63,221 nt of DNA from an uncultured Planctomycetia bacterium (lineage in GTDB: Bacteria; Omnitrophota; Gorgyraeia; Tantalellales; Tantalellaceae), in NCBI GenBank assembly GCA_964409365.1, contig CAYPCX010000005.1, positions 1 to 63,221 of the forward strand. The letters are read 5' to 3'. A program made the translations under genes and the position numbers. How positions within the stretch are numbered: position 1 is the first letter of the stretch; each line of letters opens with the position of its first letter. Positions 55,785-63,221 of the stretch are shown here, piece by piece. The notes under the pieces are model-generated. The model searched no databases, was not told the DNA's origin, and worked only from the letters and a program-made list of their open reading frames with translations.

Positions 55785-56612
55785 TTATCTCCGCCCGGAT
55801 AGCTTGATCTTTTCGAACGCGCGGCGGATATCTACCAGCACTATTTCCGGAAAATCGGCTGCCGTTATATTGGACCGGAACCGGTCATAAAAATACCCGC
55901 GGGGATAGCCGCTATGCCACGGCTTGCATTGCGTAAGGTAATGGATCACCGCGGGGGCGCACTCTCCGGCATCATCATAAAAGGGAGAAAAATTATACCT
56001 TCCTGGGAAACTGCAGGTCTTCGCCCGGAATATGAGGTTAAGGAGCTGCTGGTCCTTTGTTTTTGAAAAAACGTCCGCGCCGAACTTTTCTATCAGCTCC
56101 CGGGCCATGTCCGGAAGATAGCGCCACTCCGCTGGTCGCAGGGCAAAAAGACCGGCATTGAAAGCGGGCCTCTCCCAGTCGGCATCGATCACTTCCTTCA
56201 GCATCTCCCTGTGCTGTACGCGAAAGATGTTCTTGAGTGCGGTCCTTTCATTCACGACTCCTACCGTCCCTTTGGGGAACGAAAAAAGCTCATCTATCGC
56301 ATCCAGCACCACCGTGTCGGCATCGAGATACAGCACCTTATCATAGTCCAGGTCCGTGACCTCAAGTTTGAGGAGCGTAGTGTTGCCTATGTAACTGAAT
56401 TTCCCTCTTCCTTCAAGTTCTACGGAAGGCTTTTTGGGTATGACGTCCGCGAATGCGCGGACTCTCGCGGACTGGCGCTTGGTAAGACCGCCGTCGAACA
56501 CGACGACGTCAAGATGAGGATTCGTACGGCGCAGGCTTCTTAAAAGCGCGATAAGCGCGGGGAAATAATCAGCGTCGGAGGCGGTAACGACGCACCGGTC
56601 ATGCCTGGTCAT
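55785..56612 (-). CDS. GT8 family glycosyltransferase
   Basis: VLYLDADTVV, FNAGLF, KDQQLLN, VIHY...KPW. Confidence 0.88.
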   Translation of the reverse strand: MTRHDRCVVTASDADYFPALIALLRSLRRTNPHLDVVVFDGGLTKRQSARVRAFADVIPKKPSVELEGRGKFSYIGNTTLLKLEVTDLDYDKVLYLDADTVVLDAIDELFSFPKGTVGVVNERTALKNIFRVQHREMLKEVIDADWERPAFNAGLFALRPAEWRYLPDMARELIEKFGADVFSKTKDQQLLNLIFRAKTCSFPGRYNFSPFYDDAGECAPAVIHYLTQCKPWHSGYPRGYFYDRFRSNITAADFPEIVLVDIRRAFEKIKLSGRR

Positions 56613-56618
56613 ATCGCA

Positions 56619-57599
56619 TTATCTTCTTTTTCGTTTCGCGAACAAAGAGGCGGAACCGAATATCCCGACGTTTCTCTTCAGCTTGGCCTGGACTACCGGC
56701 GTTTTGCTCGCGAAGATATTTATGGTGTGCTCAAGAATGGACTTGCGGATCTCCCTGAAAAGGGGTTTTCCGATAAGCGAGACCCCTCCCCCGATAACGA
56801 TGATCTCGGGATCCAGCAGGTTTATCATGCTCCCGAACCAGATGCCCAGAAGTTTAGCCTCTTCCTTCACGGTCTCGATGGCAAGCCTGTCCCCTTCGGC
56901 GGCGGCCTCGCCGATGGTCACCATGGTTATGTTATCGAGCTCGCCGTCGACCATATCAACTATATCGGTCTTCAGGTCCGGATGCTTTGCCAGTTTTTTG
57001 ACCAGGCGTTTCACCGTGTAGGGCCCGGAAGCGATGGCTTCGATGCACCCGATGTTGCCGCAGCCGCATTTCGCGTCTTTCGCGTCATAGTTGATGGTCA
57101 CATGCCCCCCCTCACCGGCCAGGCCGTTCTTGCCGTGATATATCCTGCCGTCGATGATCACGCCCGTCCCTATCCCGGTGCTTACCGTAACGTAAAAGAC
57201 GTGCTTGTATCCCTTAGCGGCGCCCCATATCATCTCGGCCACAGCGGCGGCGTTGGCGTCGTTCTCGACCTTCGTCTTTATCCTGAATTTCTTCCTGATG
57301 AGCGAGGCGAGCGGCACTTCCTTCCACCCGGGAAGATTAGGGGGATTATGGACGATGCCTTTCAAAGGGTCGAGGGGCCCGGGGGCGCAGACGCCTATAC
57401 CTTCGACGGATTTTCTGCTTACCTTGCTGATCTTGAGAAGGTCTTCGATAGACTTATAGACCTGGCCCAGAGAGGCCTTTATGCCTTCCTCGGCCAGCGT
57501 GGGCAGTACTATTTTTTCCTTAAGCTTGCCGTCGGCGGTAATAAGCCCCGTGGCGATCTTCGTCCCGCCGATATCCACACCCATAATGTATTTCTTCAT
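56619..57599 (-). CDS. ROK family sugar kinase (glucokinase-like)
   Basis: GVDIGGT, ENDANAAA, STGIGTG, GEGGH, CGCGNIGCIEAIASG. Confidence 0.92.
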   Translation of the reverse strand: MKKYIMGVDIGGTKIATGLITADGKLKEKIVLPTLAEEGIKASLGQVYKSIEDLLKISKVSRKSVEGIGVCAPGPLDPLKGIVHNPPNLPGWKEVPLASLIRKKFRIKTKVENDANAAAVAEMIWGAAKGYKHVFYVTVSTGIGTGVIIDGRIYHGKNGLAGEGGHVTINYDAKDAKCGCGNIGCIEAIASGPYTVKRLVKKLAKHPDLKTDIVDMVDGELDNITMVTIGEAAAEGDRLAIETVKEEAKLLGIWFGSMINLLDPEIIVIGGGVSLIGKPLFREIRKSILEHTINIFASKTPVVQAKLKRNVGIFGSASLFAKRKRR

Positions 57600-57621
57600 A
57601 AAGAATTCCTTTCCGGTCTTT

Positions 57622-58761
57622 TCATGAAAGACGTCCCCGGTAATCCTGGTAACCGAACTCGCGCACTACCCGCACATTGCCGGTCCCGGGATCATAAATA
57701 GCGATCGACGGGAGACGCACCCCGTTGAACGTGTTGTTCTTGACCATAGTATAATGAGCCATGTCAAAAAAGACAAGCCGTCTTCCCACTTCGAGCGGCT
57801 CGGGAAAAGAATAATCCCCGATGACGTCGCCGGCAAGACAGGTCATGCCTCCCAGGCGGTACGTATACTCATGTTCGCCCGGCCGGCCCGACCCCTCTAT
57901 TTTAGGGCGGTACGGCATCTCCAGGACGTCCGGCATGTGCGCAGCGGCCGAGGTGTCAAGTATGGCTATATCCTTTTCGTTATGCGTTATGTCGAGCACG
58001 GACGCCACAAGAAATCCCGCGTTGAGCGCTATGGCCTCGCCCGGTTCGAGATAGATCTTCACGTTATACCTGTCCCTGAAATCCTTTATCAAGCGGCACA
58101 GCCTGTCCACGTCATAGTCCGGCCGCGATATGTGGTGGCCGCCGCCGAAATTCACCCATTCCATCTTATGGATAACAGGACCGAACTTCTCCTCTACCGC
58201 TTTCAGCGTCCGCTCCAGGGAGTCCGAATTAAGCTCGCACAGCGTATGAAAATGCAGTCCCTTAATGCCGCCTAAGTCTTCGCCACGGAACTGCTCCGCG
58301 CGTATACCGAGACGCGAGCCGGGCGCGCACGGGTCATAGAGCGCCACCTTGACCTCGGAGTGTTCGGGATTTATGCGCAGGCCGCACTTCACGGGTTTAC
58401 CGCAAGAGCATGCCGCCTGTTTGAACCGCTTCCACTGTGAAAAAGAATTGAACGTGATATGGCTGGCGTACTTCAGGAGTTCATCGAACTCGTTATCCCT
58501 GTACGCGGGGGCGCACACGTGGACGTCTTTGCCGAATTCCTCGAAACCCAGGCGCGCTTCGTCAAGCGAGCTCGCCGCCGTTCCCGTGAGGTATTCCCTG
58601 ACCAGCGGGAAAGTGCTGAACATCGCGAAACCCTTGAGCGCGAGGACTATGCTGCATCCCGTCTCCTTCTGTACCTTCCCGAGCACTTCAAGGTTCTTTT
58701 TTAAAAGCCCTTCGTCCACTACGTAACAGGGCGTGGCAGGGACTTTCGACGCAAGATCCAT
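57622..58761 (-). CDS. nspC: Carboxynorspermidine decarboxylase
   Basis: LALKGF, ASSLDEA, GLHFHTLCE, NFGGGHH, EPGEA, HMPDVLEMPYRP, HYTMVKNNTFNG. Confidence 0.94.
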   Translation of the reverse strand: MDLASKVPATPCYVVDEGLLKKNLEVLGKVQKETGCSIVLALKGFAMFSTFPLVREYLTGTAASSLDEARLGFEEFGKDVHVCAPAYRDNEFDELLKYASHITFNSFSQWKRFKQAACSCGKPVKCGLRINPEHSEVKVALYDPCAPGSRLGIRAEQFRGEDLGGIKGLHFHTLCELNSDSLERTLKAVEEKFGPVIHKMEWVNFGGGHHISRPDYDVDRLCRLIKDFRDRYNVKIYLEPGEAIALNAGFLVASVLDITHNEKDIAILDTSAAAHMPDVLEMPYRPKIEGSGRPGEHEYTYRLGGMTCLAGDVIGDYSFPEPLEVGRRLVFFDMAHYTMVKNNTFNGVRLPSIAIYDPGTGNVRVVREFGYQDYRGRLS

Positions 58762-59937
58762 CTAAACCTCTTTCGCTACCCAGGGCAGCCCGTAAACGTT
58801 AAGCTCTTCCATAAAAGGATCGGGATCCAGCTCTTCAACGTTGAATACGCCGTCACCCTTCCACGTGCCTTTGATCATCAGCATCGCTCCTATCATGGCC
58901 GGGACCCCGGTGGTATATGAGATCGCCTGGGACTTGACCTCTTCGTAACACTTCGCGTGGTCGCAGACGTTGTAGATATAGATCTTTTTCTTCCCGCCGC
59001 GGGCGATGCCTTCCATCATGCATCCTATGTTCGTCTTGCCGGTATAGTTCGTCCCGAGCGTCGACGGTTCCGGCAGGACGGCTTTCAGGAATTTGAGAGG
59101 GACGATTTTTTTCCCTTCGAAATCGACCGGATCTATGCGCGTCATCCCCACGTTCTGGAGCACTTTCAAGTGGTTGATGTACTGTTCGCCGAAGGTCATC
59201 CAGAAGCGTATGCGCTTAAGGCCCCTGACATTTTTCACGAGAGACTCCTCTTCCTCGTGATATAACAGGTACATCTCCCTCGGCCCGATCTCGGGAAAAT
59301 CAAAGGTCTCGTGGACCGACAGGGGATCCGTCTCTATCCAGTCGCCGTTCTCCCAGTATTTTCCTTTCTGCGTGATCTCGCGTATGTTTATCTCGGGGTT
59401 AAAGTTGGTCGCGAACGGATGGCCGTGCTCGCCGGCGTTACAGTCCATTATATCGATATAATGTATCTCGTCGAAATAATGCTTCTGGGCATAAGCGCAG
59501 AAAATATTCGTCACTCCCGGGTCAAAACCGCACCCCAGGAGCGCCATGATGCCTTTGTCCCTGAAACGGTCTTTGTAATCCCACTGCCACTTGTAACAGA
59601 ACTTGGCCTCGTCGGGAGGTTCGTAGTTGGCGGTATCGAGATAATGCACCCCTGCCTCGAGGCACGCGTCCATGATGGAAAGGTCCTGGTACGGAAGAGC
59701 GACGTTGATCACCAGGTCCGGCTTGAACTTCTTCATCAGCCGGACGACTTCCTCCGGCTTGTCCGCGTCCACCCGGGCGGTCTTGATGGGCCTCGATAAT
59801 TGCGCGGCTATTTTTTCGCATTTTTCCACCGTCCTGCTCGCGAGGCATATCTCTTCGAAGACCTCGGGCACCTGCGCGCACTTGTGCGCGACAACGCCCC
59901 CTACTCCACCAGCTCCTATTATCAGCACTTTGCCCAT
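58762..59937 (-). CDS. Carboxy(nor)spermidine dehydrogenase (saccharopine dehydrogenase family)
   Basis: IIGAGGVG, NVALPYQDL, YLDTANYE, GFDPGVTN, NFNPEINIRE, SYTTGVPA; adjacent to nspC. Confidence 0.92.
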   Translation of the reverse strand: MGKVLIIGAGGVGGVVAHKCAQVPEVFEEICLASRTVEKCEKIAAQLSRPIKTARVDADKPEEVVRLMKKFKPDLVINVALPYQDLSIMDACLEAGVHYLDTANYEPPDEAKFCYKWQWDYKDRFRDKGIMALLGCGFDPGVTNIFCAYAQKHYFDEIHYIDIMDCNAGEHGHPFATNFNPEINIREITQKGKYWENGDWIETDPLSVHETFDFPEIGPREMYLLYHEEEESLVKNVRGLKRIRFWMTFGEQYINHLKVLQNVGMTRIDPVDFEGKKIVPLKFLKAVLPEPSTLGTNYTGKTNIGCMMEGIARGGKKKIYIYNVCDHAKCYEEVKSQAISYTTGVPAMIGAMLMIKGTWKGDGVFNVEELDPDPFMEELNVYGLPWVAKEV

Positions 59938-60102
59938 CTCTATGCTCTCCTTTAAATGACTTTGACCCTTATGCAATCTCCCCCTTATTATATGACTTTG
60001 GGGGATATATTTTATCAAAAGAGACCCCCGGTGTAAAGCGCACCCCACCGGACCACCCATCCTTTTACTTGACTAAAAGGACCGTGAGTATAAAATGTCC
60101 CT

Positions 60103-61524
60103 ATGCGGCTTTCCGGGAACAAGATACGTCTTTTTTCAGGGGCTCTGGCCCTTTCCCTGGTCTTTATCCTGCTAAGGTCGAGAACACTCGGGCACCTTTT
60201 GATGTGGGACGAGGCCTGGAACATACTTTCACTGAGGGCTTTTCTGGCCCATGCCGCCAGGGACCCGTTCTACTGGTACTACAAGTTCCACCCGCCGCTT
60301 TACATGTTCTTCGCGGAGCTGTTATCCCCTTTCAAAGACGGTATAGACCTGAGGCTGGAATACCTTTCCCTGGGTTTTTCATTCGGGACTTTTCTTGTGA
60401 CCTATTTCCTCAGCGCCAGGATAGGCGGATGGAAATACGCGTGGCTGGCGGGGCTCGTCCTGTGCATGATGCCGCTTTCGATGGGATATGACACCTGGAT
60501 AAAAAGGGACTCCCTCGCGATGCTTTTCGGTTACCTCGCTCTTCTCTTAATACTCGATAAAAGGTTTTTCTGGTGCGCGGCCGCGCTTTCCTTTTCGCTC
60601 CTCAGTAAAGAGAGCGGCTTTTTCTTCGTCCTTTCCTGCGTCGTGCTCGTCTTCATCCTTGATAAAAAGAGAATATTCAGGGCGCTAATGACGCTTTTTC
60701 TTACGATAGCTGTTTTGACCGGATGGTGGTACGTAATCCTGAGCAATCTCTCAGGAGACGTGATCGGCTTTTTCTTCTCACGGGAAGTATACGGCACGAC
60801 CTGGACAAAACCCGTGTTTTATTATCTCATGAAACTTTTGCCTGACCTCGGGCCGGCCATGCTGCTCTTAGCCGTTATCGGCGTGTTCTATCTCGCCGGA
60901 GCGGCCATTACCAGGAAACAGCCGCGGTGGGCCGTTCCCATGGTGACCGCCCTCTGCGTATATATACCTATATCCTGTATATTCGTGACAAAAACGCCGT
61001 GGCTGTCATTCTCAGCGGCGCCCGCGCTTGCCATGATCGCCGGGGGCGGAGCACTGTGCCTTTGGAAAGCGTCACGGAAGATAAGGACACTCTTTCCCGT
61101 ATTCGCGCTTTTAATAGTTCTTTCGGCGCTTACGGGGATCACCTTCTCTTACCGGGATTATCATGAACACACTTACCCCAACGGCTGGCCGGGCGCGATC
61201 GCGTCCAGGGAACTTGCCTCATACCTTAACGGGCGCATGAAGGATGATGATAAGCTCCTCATTTCGGGATTCGCGTACTGGCAGATGCCCGTCTGCCCTG
61301 TGTTCTACTATTACTGGAAACCCCACGAGGTCATGATAATGAAGGGTAAGCTGAAACCCGCCGGCGTCCTGAAAAAACTCGGCGAATACGACTTCGACTG
61401 GCTTGTCGTAACGGATTCTCCCGATCAGGATAAAGGTCAGAAGAAAGAAGCACAGGAGATATCCCGGCGCCTGAAGAAAACGCCGGAGACCGCCGGGTGG
61501 TCGTACGTGTGGAAACTTGACTAA
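60103..61524 (+). CDS. GT-C (ArnT/PMT-like) membrane glycosyltransferase
   Basis: LMWDEAW, HPPLY, KRDSL, SKESG, about 11 TM helices, soluble C-terminal domain. Confidence 0.82.
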   Translation: MRLSGNKIRLFSGALALSLVFILLRSRTLGHLLMWDEAWNILSLRAFLAHAARDPFYWYYKFHPPLYMFFAELLSPFKDGIDLRLEYLSLGFSFGTFLVTYFLSARIGGWKYAWLAGLVLCMMPLSMGYDTWIKRDSLAMLFGYLALLLILDKRFFWCAAALSFSLLSKESGFFFVLSCVVLVFILDKKRIFRALMTLFLTIAVLTGWWYVILSNLSGDVIGFFFSREVYGTTWTKPVFYYLMKLLPDLGPAMLLLAVIGVFYLAGAAITRKQPRWAVPMVTALCVYIPISCIFVTKTPWLSFSAAPALAMIAGGGALCLWKASRKIRTLFPVFALLIVLSALTGITFSYRDYHEHTYPNGWPGAIASRELASYLNGRMKDDDKLLISGFAYWQMPVCPVFYYYWKPHEVMIMKGKLKPAGVLKKLGEYDFDWLVVTDSPDQDKGQKKEAQEISRRLKKTPETAGWSYVWKLD

Positions 61525-61548
61525 CCTTTAAGTCCCGGGACGATCCGA

Positions 61549-63221
61549 TTATGCCGAATGACGTATCTTTATTGTCCGGTTATTTATTTCCTTAATGGCT
61601 TCCACGGATATCCTTTCCATGGGAAGCAGTTCTATTATCTTCAAAAGGGCTTTGGCCGTTGCTTTTACATTCCCGCTTAAAAGCGCGGATATATCGGCAA
61701 CGGTCAGTCCAGCTCCACTCTGTTTATAAGACTTCATTAACGCGTTATATTCCTTTACCGTCTCTTGTTTAAATTCCTCATCGTCAGGGTTCCTGGCTAT
61801 ATGAACAAGGCGCAGGCCGAATACCGTGGCCCGTTCAACGCCCCTGTGGTCGCCCTTAAGCCCGAGCGGGACGATGATAGATCTCTTCAGATCGTCGCTT
61901 TTACGTATATCCTGCGCGAGTTTCTGTTCGTCGTTATAATTATTCGTACCAAAGAGGGATATACAATTGGTTTTGCCCCTTAGATCGTCCGGGAACGCTT
62001 CCCCGGAAAGTCCATACCTTTCGTAAACCGCTTTATCTATCATCCCTTCCGGGTCCTGCATGGTGTAAAGTTCTATATATATGCGCGGGCACGCGGCTAA
62101 TTCTTCCAACCACTCCTTCAATGGTGACCCGTCCACCAGCTTGCCGTCATCCCCTGTGGCATCGGCAAGCACCTCGATAGGCACACGAATAAGGACCGGC
62201 GTATCACCCGGGACATCACTAAAGATCCCCTCGTTCCTCTTAAGATACGCGTCCGTTTCTTTCCGGAACTTATCAGGCGTCCTCTCTGCAATAGCGTCGC
62301 TTGTCTGAATGCCCAAAATTATTATCTCCACGATGCTTACTTTCTCCTCATCATTTATGCGCGCAAGGACAGCTTCCTTGACCGTTTCTTCAAATGTTTT
62401 TGACTCTTCCGTACCATCCAGGGCGGACGTAACCGCTGTTATTGATATCTCTTCTCCGCGTTCACGTAACGTGCCGATATTATATACCGCTTCATCTGTA
62501 TAATTTCTTATTGCGGGTTCAACCGGCGCATTTGGGAATGTCGTCCAGGTCTGCACGCGGCCGCTGAGATAATGTATATATTCATAAGTGTGACCGCTTG
62601 AAGGATGCAGTTCCGTCTCCTTCTTTAACACATCGGTGCCCTGCCAGTATTGCTGGACGCTCACCTGTATCACCGAATGATGGCTGCTGCAGTCTCCCCC
62701 CGCCGCGATGATCCTGCCGATATCGTCCGCCGTTATATCGGGCGTATCGTTCACGTCGTAAAAAGGCTTGTCCTCAAAATCATATTTGACCCTGTAAAAA
62801 TAATATGTCTGGCCGTTGTATTCGGTGGGATGGGACCCTAGCGTGATAGAACTTATACGGCCGCTGTCATAGGTCTCGGACGCGATGACCTCGAAATTCA
62901 TCATCTCTTTAGGCGCCTGCAGGACTATTTCCACCCACTTGTCCTTCATAAGATCTTCAAGGTGGTTTACAACCTCGCCCGCCGTCGGCATAACGACTTC
63001 CGTTTCCGGGACCGTATCAACCGGGCCGGGTATCACTACCGTCCCTCCCGCTGTCACTTCATAGCCATGTTCCCTCAATGTGCCTATATCATAGATAGCC
63101 TCGTCGGTATATCTCGTTACTTCCGGTCGCACTGGAGCGTTCGGGAACCTGGTCTCAACACGCACACGGCCGCTGAGATAATGTATATATTCATAAGTGT
63201 GACCGCTTGAAGGATGCAGTT
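61549..63221 (-). CDS. 3' end of a large repetitive protein (start outside the window)
   Basis: The frame stays open to the window edge (LHPSSGHTYEYIHYLSGRVRVETRFPNAP...). It has a 203-aa internal repeat followed by a distinct C-terminal domain. Confidence 0.8.
   Translation of the reverse strand, partial: LHPSSGHTYEYIHYLSGRVRVETRFPNAPVRPEVTRYTDEAIYDIGTLREHGYEVTAGGTVVIPGPVDTVPETEVVMPTAGEVVNHLEDLMKDKWVEIVLQAPKEMMNFEVIASETYDSGRISSITLGSHPTEYNGQTYYFYRVKYDFEDKPFYDVNDTPDITADDIGRIIAAGGDCSSHHSVIQVSVQQYWQGTDVLKKETELHPSSGHTYEYIHYLSGRVQTWTTFPNAPVEPAIRNYTDEAVYNIGTLRERGEEISITAVTSALDGTEESKTFEETVKEAVLARINDEEKVSIVEIIILGIQTSDAIAERTPDKFRKETDAYLKRNEGIFSDVPGDTPVLIRVPIEVLADATGDDGKLVDGSPLKEWLEELAACPRIYIELYTMQDPEGMIDKAVYERYGLSGEAFPDDLRGKTNCISLFGTNNYNDEQKLAQDIRKSDDLKRSIIVPLGLKGDHRGVERATVFGLRLVHIARNPDDEEFKQETVKEYNALMKSYKQSGAGLTVADISALLSGNVKATAKALLKIIELLPMERISVEAIKEINNRTIKIRHSA
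62558..63221. repeat. Intragenic repeat with 609-bp period
   Basis: 62558-62612 and 63167-63221 are identical over 55 nt; the neighbouring codons keep similar amino acids (FPNAPV..YTDEA.Y.IGTLRE). Confidence 0.9.

Overview
63.2-kb bacterial chromosomal window. The gene mix (TMTC/GT-C glycosyltransferases, a repetitive giant-protein tail, PFOR/PEPCK/membrane PPase, intergenic heptamer arrays) suggests a PVC-group organism such as Ca. Omnitrophota; this is an inference only. The left end holds the C-terminus of a probable large serine recombinase whose frame runs into the antisense strand of an intact tRNA-Asn(GTT). The tRNA's 5' side carries a perfect tandem array of 364-bp units. Each unit has a hairpin-interrupted tRNA-Asn 5' half, a sigma70 promoter whose -35 box is built from the anticodon loop, and an 80-aa GIY-YIG nuclease gene. 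This tRNA-targeting minimal nuclease element is the most unusual feature of the window. Next come dinB and small housekeeping genes, then a convergent surface-glycan locus of about 16 kb (GT2/GT4/GT-C, a flippase-heparinase II/III fusion, CapA, CapK-like ligase, deacetylase, sulfotransferase, wecB, and a GbsR regulator with a palindromic operator). The middle holds a two-component pair, hppA, apt, two long intergenic hairpins (candidate ncRNAs), an NCS2 permease, sua5, purC, pckG, nfi and an EF-P with a non-canonical loop. A glycine-cleavage operon is led by a ZMP/ZTP riboswitch. The right part holds lipA, PFOR, recR-dnaX, a secreted protein with an internal W-x-x-W repeat, the carboxy(nor)spermidine pathway and the 3' end of a repetitive giant protein. 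No CRISPR array or rRNA was seen.
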